Of a DNA stretch of 64,000 bases, positions 43,681-60,648 are shown in pieces. The stretch comes from Eledone cirrhosa. Lineage: Eukaryota. The notes under the pieces were generated by a model, which worked only from the letters and a program-made list of their open reading frames with translations, was not told the DNA's origin and ran no database searches. How positions within the stretch are numbered: the stretch's first letter is position 1; every line of letters starts with the position of its first letter. The stretch is from the NCBI GenBank assembly GCA_964016885.1, contig OZ024743.1:39742001-39806000 (forward strand), read 5' to 3'. The position numbers were made by a program, and so were the translations under genes.

Positions 43681-44686
43681 TTTAATGGATTGAAATAATT
43701 ACGTTTACCATGAAATCACACAGCGCTGAACGTGGTCTCACGTTTTGAGTCAAAACAAAAATACAACGTTATAATGGAAAACAAATACATTGTTGTAGAT
43801 GTAGCATTTATTTGCAGTTGCTTTTGACCTTACTGTTTTTCATAATGCTGCTGTTTTTGTTGGTTTTTTTGTACAGCATCTGTTCTTCTTTAGTAATAGG
43901 TGAAACCCATCGTTGCAGACTATTTCTGTTCCACCTTTCCCTACCCGGCATTAACATTTCTAGAGTATATTACACGTATTAACAATGATACATGTGAAGG
44001 GTAATATAATATTACTGATAGATCTAGCACCGGGATAGATTATTTAGAATAAACTAAATAAATACGCTGTATGTGCCACGTTTGATTCCATTGAAATCTC
44101 CAATCGCAATATGTAGGTTTGTTGTAAAATCAACTTTTCCTGCAGCAGGGGAAACTTCTTCTCCTTTCTGTCCGCCGGGGCTGTGTGGAGGCCACCAAGA
44201 TGATTCACTCACTTGTCATCTTATCAGTCAGATGTTTTTAGACATACACTTCGTAGACTGAAGTATAAGGATACTTGACTTCTGGTTGTCAGCTAGCTTG
44301 CTGATTTTACGTTAACTAATCCATTGTTTTACACTATAACACTCGTTCTGCGACAAATAGCAGCCAATACCTTCGAATCAACACGACCATGTATTTACGC
44401 TTCAACATTATCTCAGTTGTTAACCGTAATATAACGGGTGATTTGTTGAGTATTATTTTACCGATGTAGGTTAGACCATATACATATTTGAATATAATAT
44501 ATAAATCTATTAAAATGACATAAAAGTAAAAGAAAAGCTGCGACTTCAAATAGAAAAACATTGAAAACCGGAATAAATGAATTGTTTCGTGTTTCGCTGC
44601 TGTTTCGCGCGCGAACACACATACTCACACACGCACACACATACACACGCGTGCACATAAACACACACATGTGCGCACACACATAA

Positions 44687-44747
<61 letters not shown>

Positions 44748-45156
44748 TAGATATGTATATATATACACGATGGAAGTAGCATCGACTACACTGTTACAGT
44801 ATGTATATACATTGTATTGGTATAGAATCATTATATATTATCTTTATATAACACTACGTTGCCGATAAACTTATGCATTAATCTACGTACCTACATAAAA
44901 TCTTCAAATAATGTTAAGATTGACATTTTCAGTGAAGATTAATAATTGTTTGAAATTATTGAATAATCACACAAGTCATCGTTTGTGGACGGACTTCACG
45001 GGGTTAACTCTTGCTGCAGAATCTTTTTACCTATATATATATATATATAAGATTTAATATAGAATCGGCTACCACAGGACTGGAACTGTTGCACTACTCT
45101 GAGATTCCCCATCGAGTGCTTGGCAGCACATCAAACTTTTATTTATATGATTATAG

Positions 45157-45203
<47 letters not shown>

Positions 45204-45204
<1 letters not shown>

Positions 45205-45965
45205 CTTGAAATAAAATGAAAACGAAATTTCATTTCTCACTCTTAGTACGGCACTTACTTAAATGTAAGTATGTATGTATACGTACATACATATATGTAT
45301 ACAGACGTACAGTAGCATGCACATATATATATATATATATACATATATATATACATATATACACACAGGTACACATACATATATGCACGCATCAGTTTAG
45401 CGGACGCTTATTATAACGCTGCTTTGTTCGTTTGTAAACAAACTGAACAGCCTTAATTTATGCCGTACGGTGTTAAGGCAACCACGTCACCTTTTTGTTC
45501 AACACTGACACACGAACGATGTACTAGTTTCAAGCTTGTTAGCTATCACCAGCAGCGTATACCCTTCTGCCAGATAGTTGAACGTTCGAAAGTATATACT
45601 TTCCTTATGAAAATTAACGGCTGAGCAGCCTAATTTGTATATCGAGTGAGTTAAGTCATCAGGCATACCGCAACCGATAAGTTGAAATAAAAATTAGGCT
45701 GCTCAGCCGTTAATTTTCATAAATAAAGTATATACTTTCGAACGTTCAACTATCTGGCAGAAGGGTATACAGTGCTGATGATAGCTAACAAGCTTGAAAC
45801 TAGTACATCGTTCCTGTGTCAGTGTTGAACAAAAAGGTGACGTGGCTGCCTTAACACCGTACGGCGTAAATTCAGGCTGTTCAGTTTGTTTACAAACGAA
45901 CAAAGCGGCGTAATAATAAGCGTCCGCTAAACAGATACGTGCATATATGTATGTGTACCTGTATG

Positions 45966-46040
<75 letters not shown>

Positions 46041-46424
46041 GCTACTGTACGTCTGTATACATATATGTATGTACGTATACATACATACTTACATTTAAGT
46101 AAGTGCCGTACTTATCGTGTTCGGTATGCCTGACCGACTTAACTCACTCGATATGCAAATTAGGCTGCTCAGCCGTTAATTTTCATAAGGAAAGTATATA
46201 CTTTGGAACGTTCAACTATCTGGCAGAAGGGTATACGGTGCTGATAATAGCTAGCAAGCTTGAAACTAGTACATCGTTCCTGTGTCAGTGTTGAACAAAA
46301 AGGTGACGTGGTTGCCTTAACACCGTACCGTATAAATTCAGGCTGTTCTGTTTGTTTACAAAAGAACAAAGCGACGTTATAATAAGCGTCCGCTAAACTG
46401 ATACGTGCATATATGTATGTGTAC

Positions 46425-46516
<92 letters not shown>

Positions 46517-46570
46517 GCTACTCTACGTATGTATACATATATGTATGTACGTATACATACATACTTACAT
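45204..46570. mobile_element. Same repeat family: one minus-strand monomer followed by two plus-strand monomers
   Basis: The minus unit spans 45204-45692 and its start TTGAAATAAAA recurs at its end. The inversion is at about 45693. The plus units have predicted cleavage sites at 45805 and 46271, 466 nt apart. Confidence 0.82.
45769..45811 (+). ncRNA. Minimal type I hammerhead ribozyme
   Basis: ACAGTG-CTGATGA-TAGCT AACA AGCTT-GAAA-CTAG-TA-CATCGT, with a palindromic stem III and a GUA triplet. Confidence 0.75.
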
Positions 46571-47419
46571 ATATATATATATATAAGGGTTGACAGACCC
46601 ACCATATTTATCAATGCCAGTAGCGGTTGTATCTCAGCTCACTCCATGGGCAACGTAAGGTTCATTTCCAGAGTATACACAAAGTTATTTACTTCAACAC
46701 AACACACGTAAAACGGGTGCCTAGTTGAAATGTTGCCTCGAGAACAGACTTTATGACTCTATTTTACACATACAGCTGACTGTGCTAATTTTCTATTTCT
46801 CTTCTCTTTATCTTTCCATCCATTTTTCTTCTCCATCCTCTCTTCTCTTCTCCTGTTCTGTGCGTGTGGGTTATTGTGTTTGACTGCGCGATAAACAACT
46901 TGGTTCCTTCAGCCTCTAAACTCCTCCCTATGCTATGAAGTTAGAGCCACTGTTTGAACTGTTACCTATTAAGCAGTGATCTGCCATGTAACCCTACTTT
47001 ACACCCCACAGTGCCTCCCTCATGTAGACTTATTTCTATCATCTTATCTTATTTACCTTTTATCTTTTCTTTATTTTTTCTCTTTTTTCTCCTTCATTAT
47101 CCCGCCTATATATTTGCTTCCCTTTCATTCTTCCTCTTTCCCCCTCCATTGCTGTCCCACCCCCACCCCCATATCATCATTTCCCACAAATCCGATAACA
47201 TTTCCGGGTGGAGTTGAGAAGAGGTAATTAGCCGCACCCTCAGTGCCTTCGTAGGAGTTCTACTTTCACTAATATATCCACTCAGCAACTTACCATGTAG
47301 TATCGTGTACGTCTTTAATGTGTGGTCTTCCTGGGCCCATGACCACAGGCCCTCTCTCTCTCTCACTCTCTCTCTGTCTCTCGTTCTCTCTCCATCCCTC
47401 TCTCTATCTATCTCTCTAT

Positions 47420-47509
<90 letters not shown>

Positions 47510-50075
47510 CAGGTATAATGGAAGTGTGTGTTTCGCTAGAGAGAATGCATACAGTTTGAGCGCCAAGCAAAAGCTTTAGCTTTGTTTCCAAACAATGTTC
47601 ACCATTTTTTTAATATCCTTGCAAGCTAGCTGATCGAAACTTTAGCTCCTAGACATAAATAACCAAATATAGATAGAAATGAATAGACTACGAAGGTATA
47701 TCAAAGAGAATTTATGTCAGATAATGTATATACGTTCCATTATCTTAATGTAGTGATTTTGTACATATTCTAACTACCCATTATGGAAAAATATATCACA
47801 CACAAATCTCATTATTGAAGAGATATTTCAATTTATTTACATTAGTATTATCATTATTAATGTTAATATTATATTGCTGTTGTTCTTCTTTAATGTCTTC
47901 CATTTTCATCATCTTCCCTACCCGTTACGGCTTTGCTTCATATTTCTTTCATCTGTGATCTTTCCTTCTTTATTGACTCAATGAAAAATAGTGGTTTATA
48001 ATATTTATAACATTTTGGTTTCACACTTCAATATGAGAATGAGTACGAAGTCCCTAGAAAATTCATAATGATAATAGAGTATGCACCATACCAGATATTG
48101 CTTACGAAATTCATGTATGTGGAATCAGTTCCCTCCCAAAGCCCAGCTATTATTGCTCTTTTTATGGTAATTTTCAGGACTCACATTTGAGCAACATTTA
48201 CCAGCCTACACCCAGGTTCCAGCTGATATGATGCTTCTAAAGCAATTCAATAATGGGAGAGTCATTCTTTTCATGTCCACACTTTGAGGTAAGAATCTAC
48301 GGCATTTTATGTCTAACAATACCGCCCTCATTCTACTCGGGTCAAGTAATTTATTTATCGTTCCTTATATGTATATATATGGTGGGGGGTACGTAGGTGT
48401 GTTTGTGTGTGTGTGGCTGCTTGAGAGTGAAAGGCAACGTAGTTGTGGCAGATTTGAAATCAAATGTCCGAGAGCCTGTAGAAATAACCACACATAAATT
48501 AGTTCACATGTTTTAAAGTCTATATAACTTTACTGCATAAGCTACACGTGAAAGCGATATATAGGTAGAGTTTAATTATAACAAAATGGAAAGGAACCGA
48601 TCGTCAAATTAACCTAGGTAACACAATATACTATCGGACGTTATTTATTACTGGGGGCAGCGATGGGGGACAGGGAATTCTGGGACATGAGAGTGAGATC
48701 CATCATCTCGACAGTAGTTGACGAATGATGATGATGATGATTTATTACTGCTGTACAAAACTCCTGGGAGAAGGAGTAATATTAAATAAAGTATTTTTCT
48801 CATTAAACACTACGAGCGGATCCCCCCAGGAATTGAACCAACCACCCTATGCTTATAAGTCCAACACACTTACTTATCGGTTACCCACTTTCACTATAGC
48901 AAAGCGTCTTACATTACACCTATTGTTAAAGCTATTTCAGTGTCTGGAACAGTGTTCCATTACGGTTGTGATTCGTGACATCTACTTACTCACTGCATGG
49001 AAATATATTGTTAGAAGGGTATTACAACTTTATTTATGAGACAGATTTATAATAGGATTTTCAGCCAATGGCTGTGGAATTATAATACATATTTAAAATG
49101 AAGGGAATATGGTCTACAAAAGAAAATATACCACATTTCAGCTGGAGGAATTTTCTCTGTTTGCTTGACATACAGGTAATATCAGCAAATTCTATTACAA
49201 ATGACTTCTACCGTCTTAAAAAAGCACATAAGAAAATGCAGTACTACATAACAAAACAAAACAAATAAAGTTTCAAATTGACAGACGCATCGGAGCATTA
49301 GATTAAATGCCATGTTAATTCTACATACGCTGTGAGTTCAGCTCCTGCCGACGAAATCTTTATATTTCGTTGACTAAAAATGAAATACGTGCCCAGGCAT
49401 CGGTGGATTGACAGAATTATTAAAGGCTCGAACAGGAAGTCGTCAACTTTTTCCTAACAGATCGTAGTAAGTATAGAAACATTGGCTATAGTAATAATCA
49501 TTATTTCCTTATTCAGATACGACGAATGTTTCCATATCTTTCGCTTTATTGTTATTTATCTTTCTTTTTTTACTTTTAGAGCTGTAATGTTTTTATTGTA
49601 CGTCTAATGCCTCAGAGCTGAGTGAGTGTTAGATAACAGCAACATCTACAACATTCTAAAAATGCCTGTGCACTTGTAGTTGTTTGTAATTTGCATGCAG
49701 GTGGATGTTGAATGCGGTATGCCTTACCAGTTATGTTCTTGACACATGGAAAGGAAATCTGAATATATTAGATTTGATATTTACAGAATCAATTGAAACT
49801 GTTAAATAATCCCATGTGCTCTCTTATTCTCACTGACCTAGATCATCACCAGTTTCTGAGAATAATGGAGTTTATCTTATATTAATTGTAAATTAACTGA
49901 AGAAATGCCCTTTGTTACTTCAGTTACTCAATCACAGATTGAGTGGTTGGCAGAGTGTGTATATAACAGGGTGTCTCAATGAAATTTATACACACTCCAA
50001 CAGCAGATAACTTCAAGCGTGTATATATTTTGTACTTTATTTATATTTATACTTATATATACATACACACATACG

Positions 50076-50130
<55 letters not shown>

Positions 50131-50164
50131 ATATTTATATTTATATATGTTTGATATAACTATA

Positions 50165-51312
50165 AATATGTAGGGTAGTACTAAGTACTAGTTGGTTACC
50201 GGTATGACAAAAGTCTCAATGCAAATTTTCAAGTGTTTTACTGAGCCGAGATTCAAAGTGTTAAAACGATCAAATTTCAGTTTAGAACATTTATTAGCTG
50301 AGAATTGTTTCTTCCAGGGGGAAATCTGGATTCATCGGAGCATAAGGAATGTCGAAAACGTGTAACTAGAATCCTAGTCATTTATAACATTTAGGGTACA
50401 TAGGTGTTATTAGTGTCAAAGGCATCATGTGGAGATTCAGGAGTTAAAAAGATGTTCCGCTTGAAATAACACAATTACAGGCAGCACTGGTTGAAAGTGT
50501 TATAGTAAGTATAAAAGTAAAAAGCACAAGCAAAAAAAGAAATCACCATGTTGTTATTGTAGGTATATTATCTTATGCATTATTTATCTGTAATTTATCT
50601 TTTCTAAGGTTTGTATTAACCGTTATTAAACTGTAATTCGCAGGAATATACATTTAACAAACAAACACCTATTGACTATAAACGACTTAAAATAACCCCA
50701 GTGAGTAACAAACAACATATGCACATAAATACGAACTACAACACAAAAACACTTAAATGAAAAGCGCATACCTAACTATATCTAGTGTTTTACATTACAC
50801 CTTGCATAACAAATAGCTACATTATCACCACATTCCTCTCTAACAAATTGCACACTATCTTAAATGTTTATAACAACTATAAGATGCTTTAACACTCCAC
50901 ACAAAATATGTTTATTTCAACTGAATTATAACTCTTCCTCATACATGCATTATTGACTGTATTAACTCCTGCATTTTACACCCATTGTCCTTGCTTATAA
51001 CTTCTTTCCCTGTGTTTTTTGCTTGTGATTTTTTTTGCTTCTGCCGTTTACTTTTACTTATACCTATTACACTTCCAACCAGTACTGCCTGTAATAGTGT
51101 TATTTCAAGCGGAACATCTTTTTAACTCATGAATCTCCACATGATGCCTTTGACACTAATAACAACTATGTACCCTAAATGTTCAAAATGACTAGGATTC
51201 TAGTTACACGTTTTCGAAATACCTTATGCTCCGATGAAACCAGACTTCCCACTGGAAGAAACAATTGTCAGTTAATAAATGGTCTAAACTAAAATTTGAT
51301 CGTTTTAACACT

Positions 51313-51314
<2 letters not shown>
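50165..51314. mobile_element. Inverted repeat element (arms about 50255-50546 / 51025-51314) with variant hammerhead
   Basis: The arms are ~290 bp. The plus arm reads GCT-CCGATGA-AACCAG...CTGGAA-GAAA-CAATTG-TC-AGTTAATAAA (core 51231-51269), and the right end abuts (TA)n. Confidence 0.75.
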
Positions 51315-51354
<40 letters not shown>

Positions 51355-51357
<3 letters not shown>

Positions 51358-51748
51358 AAAGAATAGAGGTGTAACACACAAGTTATTATATATTGGTAAA
51401 CGGAATAGAGAATGCTGACAAATTGTTCACAGTTGAAAAATGGTTTAATTAGGAATAACAGAGTATTAGTGATTGTATGGGTTAGTATTCAGTTGTGGTT
51501 TTAAGTTTTTAAGTTTTTACCGGTTGCGCATTTCTAAATGCTTTTCAAAAATAATTTTGCGATAGAGTGTCCGTGCTGTTTGCTCTGATCTGATTAGTTT
51601 AAAGCATTTAGAAATGCGCAACCGGTAAAAGCTTAAAAACTTAAAACCACAACTGAATACTAACCCATACAATCACTAATACTCTTTTATTCCTAATTAA
51701 ACCATTTTTCAACTGTGAACAATTTGTCAGCATTTTCTATTCCGTTTA

Positions 51749-51755
<7 letters not shown>
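51355..51755. mobile_element. Fold-back copy of the 1209-2491 family
   Basis: It has the same tail (AAAGAATAGAGGTGTAACACAC) and arm (TATTGGTAAACGGAA...). The inverted arm at 51601-51755 ends in (TA)n. Confidence 0.8.
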
Positions 51756-51791
<36 letters not shown>

Positions 51792-51799
<8 letters not shown>

Positions 51800-52221
51800 C
51801 GACATTAAATAAATGGAAACTATATTTTTAAAACCATATTTATTCTATTATATATATTTCAAGGGTGCCACAACTTTGGTGCGGCCTCATCAGATAATAT
51901 ACAAAGTTTGTTTTATAAATATTGACATAACCAGGAAGAAGAACTTAACGGTACAGTTTTTCCTGGATAGAAACGTTAAGTTCTTCTTCCAGGTTATGCC
52001 AATATTTGTAAAACAAACTTTGTATTGTATCTGATGAGAGCGCACAAATGTTTTGGTACCCTTGAATTATATATAATAGAATAAATCTGGTTTTAAAAAT
52101 ATAGTTTCCATTTATTTAATATCATTGAATATTATACTCCAGACAAATTGTTGAGTGCTTTGAATCAGTTATAAACATTTATATTTGTTGAATTACCAAC
52201 GAATTGAAATATCCCTTTTGG

Positions 52222-52222
<1 letters not shown>
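51792..52222. mobile_element. Fold-back hammerhead element (arms within 51792-52132, tail to about 52222), flanked by (TA)n
   Basis: The minus-strand core CTGATGA...GAAA-TATATA-TA (51841-51901) is intact. The plus-strand core has CTGATGA at 52031 but GAAA changed to GAAT. The tail reads ACTCCAGACAAATTGTTGAGTGCTT. Confidence 0.82.
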
Positions 52223-52282
<60 letters not shown>

Positions 52283-52283
<1 letters not shown>

Positions 52284-52640
52284 GCAGACACACACCTATA
52301 TATAAACAGTCTTGACCGGCATGGGCTGGAGTTTGGATTATGTCGATCGATTGGTTATTGGTTATTGATTAGGCGATACCCGCTGATGAAGCCGCATAAG
52401 CCGAGTGTGTATTGTTGCATAATATATGCAGAGTGATGGTGCAGTGCACATTACTGCTGCATTAAATGCGGCCGAAACGCCAGTCCCGGAACTATTATAG
52501 GCACCCGTTTTACATGTGCTGTATTGAAGCGAATAACTATGTGTATACTCTGGCAATGTATCTTACATTGCCAATGGAGTACGCTGAGATACAACCGGCC
52601 CTGTCATTAATAAATATGGTCTGTCCGTCAACTCCTTCTT

Positions 52641-52645
<5 letters not shown>
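52283..52645 (+). mobile_element. PLE-terminus-like element between (TA)n tracts; homologous piece at 46587-46725 (minus)
   Basis: Both loci share TAGGCACCCGTTTTAC...TATACTCTGG...GGAGT...GCTGAGATACAACC...ATAAATATGG. Confidence 0.7.
52377..52491 (+). ncRNA. Hammerhead-like motif with very long stem II insert
   Basis: CTGATGA (52383-52389), GCCGCAT...ATGCGGC closing a ~70-nt insert, GAAA (52474-52477), then CGCCAGTC. Stem I pairs only partly. Confidence 0.55.
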
Positions 52646-52739
<94 letters not shown>

Positions 52740-52784
52740 CTATGTATGTGTGTGAGTGTGTGTGTGCGTATGTATATATTTTTC

Positions 52785-53740
52785 CTAGGGCGAGTAAAAT
52801 TCCCGAGATCCATGGACGGGTTCTCTCCAGCGGTCTGTGTCCCACATTATCGATGCCATGTCCTGCGTCTCCAACAGACCAGTGTCTGTCCTTAGGGCAT
52901 CAACATACGTTAACCTTGGTCTTCCTCTTCCAGTGTATCCATGTAGGGGATCCCACAGGAGCATTGAGTGCAATGTCAACTCTGGATGTCGGTGAGCATG
53001 TCCAGCTAACCTGTCTCCTCTGTGTCACTTTTGCGCTGACATTTGGGAGGCTCCCATACAGCTCTGAGTGTTTCTTCCTCAGTGTATACTGATTAATGTT
53101 CAGAGCCATCCTCAGCATTCTCGTGTAGCACCCATCCACCATCTGGTGAGTGTCTTGGTCAGTGTCCATGTCTCAGACCCGTAGGGCAGCAATGAAGAGG
53201 CGGATTTTCAGGTCTTCACGAAGGTCCGACTTCCACACCGATCTCAAGCTGTGGCACGCCGCCCAGGCTTTGCTCTTCCTCTCAACCACATCATCTTCCG
53301 TATTCCCAATCTTTGCTTCCAAATACAGGAAGTCCTCAACCAACTCTAGCGGCTTCCCGCCTACATTAGTGAACCCCTCTGGCTTTTCTACATTTCTACC
53401 AGATATTTTGTTTTAGTCTCATTCATTCTCAGCACCACACTAATCTACAGAGTCTCAACCTCCTGCATCAAATCCTCTGCCGCCTTCACTGTATTTGTCA
53501 CCAAAACTATGTCTCTCGGCAAATTCAGCATCTGATATCTTTTTCGCCTTAACTCTCCTGCTCGGAGCCGGTGCTACAGTAAAGCCAGAGTCCTGGTGTT
53601 TCTCCAGAGTTAGGCGCATAAAATAGTCCACTATGATGGTAAAAAGGTAGGGAGCCAATGCATCTCCCTGGATCACTCCAGCCAGTATCTCAAAGAACTC
53701 TGTCATCCGATCAGGTGTAATGACTTGGGTGATGGTGTAT
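52785..53740 (-). mobile_element. 5'-truncated, frameshifted non-LTR retrotransposon RT (RTE/RTE-X-like)
   Basis: Peptide fragments EFFEILAGVIQGDALAPYLFTIIVDY, DGCYTRMLRMALNI...ELYGSLP and LWDPLHGYTGRGRPRLTYVDAL...DRW. Confidence 0.85.
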
Positions 53741-54419
53741 GTATATATATAAGTATAATTAAAGTACTCAAATCAGAAATGCTATAAAGATAGCTAATAA
53801 AAAATGGTGAAGACTTTGAAAAAGGAAAGAAATAAGGTGTTAGAGGGCGCTGTGAGGAATTGAACAACATAACGTCCAGCTACACACAAGACCATCTAAC
53901 CATGTAGCTACGGAGCGATGACATATCACATGCGAACTTGTGTACCTAGATAACTCTACAATAGCTTTTAGATGTCAATAGCCAGGCAGATAGACTGACA
54001 TAGAGATATCCGAATGTAAACAATGTACGAAGCTATATTTTATTGTTCTAGGAATATATGTGTATATACAAGTTTAAAGAAAGTTTTCAAGCGCTTCAAA
54101 AGCTGAAAATACGGCATCGTACATTGTTTGTCTACATACGGATATATGTATAAAAGTCTGCCTTGTGTCCAACTATTTATTTAAAAAGACGGAAAGTGAA
54201 TTGTCATATTTTCTTATTGTCATGACTTAATGTTTAAATCGCCTAACCGGTATCTGGGTTATACGAAGTCCAATTCCTGAAAGCGACCGATATCAACTTT
54301 TTTTCCCTCATTTAAGGTTTATCACCCTATTTTATAAAATATATGTCTGACATTTCTGTGCTTGAGCGCTTTATTTATACTTATATATATATACATATTT
54401 ATTCTCAGTGCTTCAAAAG

Positions 54420-57632
<3,213 letters not shown>

Positions 57633-57855
57633 AATTAGCGAGAATCGTATTTCGGCTATTGGAAATTAGCGAAAATTAACTTCCGAGATGTGTGGCAAGC
57701 GCTCAATATATTCTAAGGAACCAGAGCTACAACATACGTTAAAAGGCCAAACACACTGGGACGAGGGTTAAACCATTATCCGCACAGCCATAGTAACGAC
57801 CAAGTAATTCGGGTCAAACGTAATAAAAAGAAATATGATTGAAAAATGTGATTGA

Positions 57856-57886
<31 letters not shown>

Positions 57887-58094
57887 TAAATTCGCTAACA
57901 ATGTTTCATCCATACCGTGGGGCAGGAATCCTGAGAGCGTAATGAATAACACTATAGTGCTGAATATAAGCTCTACCGAGCTTAGTCACTAGAAGAGTAG
58001 AGAAACCGTACAGGATAGCATGAGGGATTGGGTATGAGGAGGATGGAGAGAATGCGTACTGGGTTTATGAGCCAACATTATAACAAAATATAAT

Positions 58095-59098
58095 TGAGTT
58101 TACAACTCAAAATAGTCTTTTACAATGAAATAGCTCAAAGAAGGGAATCTTTCCGAGCCGTGTAATATAAAGGGATATATGAGAGGGATGAACACAGATA
58201 TAAGTATACATGTGTTCCAATAGCAAAGGACCAAGTTAGCTAGGTTGAAAAAATACTAATTTAAAACAATATAGTTTGCCTGATTCGATTTAAAGTAATA
58301 AATCAATAAAAATAACAAACCTATATCGGGCAATAGCCTTTGATACCCGGACAGACTAAAATCTGTTCGAAAGGATTATTAAGTGAAAGCCAGAATTCTT
58401 GTGCTCATCTACGGGTATCCAGGAAAATTCGTACCTTTCACCTCAAAGGATCTAAGCAGACTGAAAGATATGCTGCTACAAACGCACATGTGGCAGTGCC
58501 TAGCGCGTCTCATACTCATGCCGCTAAAAATAGCAGATGAGTTTATGAAACTAAGGTTAGCTCTACATACGGAGCCCAGAATATCATAGATTGAGTTGTA
58601 AACTCAAAATAGTATTTTACAATGAAATAGCTCAAAGAAGGGAATCTTACCGAGCCATGTAATATAATTGGATATATGAGAGGAATGAACAGAGATATAA
58701 GTATCCATGTGTTCCAATTGCAAATGATCAAGTTAGCCAGGTTGAAAACATACTAATTTAAAACAATATGGTTTGGCTGACTCGATTTAAACTAATAAAT
58801 CAATAAAAATAACAAACCTATATCGATCAATAGAGAAAGGTACGAATTGTCCTGGATACCCGCAGATGAACACAGGAATTCTTGCTTTCACTTAATAATT
58901 CTTGCGGAACAGATTTTAGTCTGTCCGGGTATCAAAGACTATTACCCGATATAGGTTTGTTATGTTTATTGATTTATTACTTTAAATCGAGTCAGGCAAA
59001 ACATTGTTTTAAATTAATATTTTTTCAACCTAGCTCACTTGGACATTTGCAATTGGAACACATATATCTGTGTTCATCCCACTGATATATCCAATTAT
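58095..59098. mobile_element. Partial tandem (~495-bp period) plus inverted copy, ending at a TA tract
   Basis: 58097-58330 is repeated at 58592-58825. 58835-59098 is the reverse complement of about 58165-58440. Confidence 0.75.
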
Positions 59099-59701
59099 AT
59101 ATATATATATATATATTTAATAATTAACTAATTAATTTAATTAGACACTTCTGTAGATTGGTTAATTATTTTCGTTTGTTTAATAACATCTGGTTGAGAG
59201 CTTTTATTCGGAATGTTTGAGCGGAAAATTATAATATTTCCCTTGTTAACACTATGAATTTACCCTTGTAAATAACTCGGGGGAACTAAGTATTCGTAGG
59301 TTGCCTTCTGTAGCGGTCGCATTTAGTTTGTTCACACCAGTTTGAGGCAGACCGGAATCCCTGTTGATTAAATGAATCCTCTGTTCGATTATGGAATACC
59401 ACAAGCTTGCGTGTTACGTAAGTTGGATAAATGATTTCGGATTTCATAGAAACACTTCAGACGTATATCGTTTGATTTGTCCAGGTCTGTATTGTAACCT
59501 GTTAGTTATTTCGTCACTTTGCTATTGTATGGTTGGGTTTGCCTACCGCAAAGTTCAATTTGTCAAGCTATTTAAACGTATGTTATTAATCTAAGGACGT
59601 ACCCTTATTGAGTGATTTGCTAACTCATCCCTACTGTAGGCCGGTTTTGCGTGGCCACAGACAAAGCTTCGATTTTACTAAGCTTCCACTTATATATATA
59701 T

Positions 59702-59876
59702 AACGAAGGAAGTGTGGTAAGGAACCAGATGGACCATCACCCACCAGAGTACTCAATACTTAGGGTAATAGGAAAATGTTTAACCCCGACGGCAGAGATC
59801 AATCCGTTTCGACTGCTATTTCTGAGTCCAGAAATAGCCGTCGAAACGGCTTGAGCTCTGCCGTCGGGTTAAACAT

Positions 59877-59880
<4 letters not shown>
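59702..59880. mobile_element. Second copy of the 6266 palindrome family, opposite orientation
   Basis: It shares CCGTCGAAACGGCTTGAGCTC and the tail AACGAAGGAAGTGTGGTAAGGAACCAG...GAGTACTCAATACTT, and is flanked by TA tracts. Confidence 0.8.
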
Positions 59881-59937
<57 letters not shown>

Positions 59938-60066
59938 AATCGAGCCCTATTCCGATTTAGTCTTCACATTTATTAATATTACTATATATATATATATATA
60001 TCAAAAGCGTGAACCTAATAAACTCATATTTGTACTGCCTCTTTGTGTTTGTTCCTGTCTATGATT

Positions 60067-60137
<71 letters not shown>

Positions 60138-60141
<4 letters not shown>

Positions 60142-60490
60142 GGGAAAAATGTAACGAAATTTCATTTCCCACTTTTAGTACGGCTGTTACTTAAATATAA
60201 GTATGTACACGTACATAGATATACAGACGTACAGTAGTATGTATATATATATATACATACATGCACACATATATATATGTACGTATGGATTCACCGAACA
60301 TTTATTATAACGTTCGGTGTGTTTGTAAACAAACATCCCGTATAAAGCCGTAGTGTCCAGCAACCATCGATGGTCGTTTGTTCAACACTGACAAAGGATC
60401 GCTGTACTAGTTTCAAGCTTATTAGCTATCGTCAGCAACGTATACCTTCCGGCCAGATTGTTGAACGTATATACTTACCTTATGCATACG
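60138..60490 (-). mobile_element. Single partial copy of the same repeat family
   Basis: It matches 6561-6750 and the reverse complement of 6820-7020, and is flanked by TA tracts. Confidence 0.75.
60400..60440 (-). ncRNA. Minimal type I hammerhead ribozyme
   Basis: Minus strand reads CGTTG-CTGACGA-TAGCT AATA AGCTT-GAAA-CTAG-TA-CAGCG. Stem I is fully paired, including one G-U. Confidence 0.78.
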
Positions 60491-60526
60491 TGTACATACT
60501 TATATTTATATAAATATACTAATATA

Positions 60527-60648
<122 letters not shown>

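Noticed and set aside
48815-48887. tRNA-like minus-strand segments here and at about 53845-53915
   Set aside because: They have only A/B-box-like remnants and no complete cloverleaf, so they are probably decayed SINE heads.
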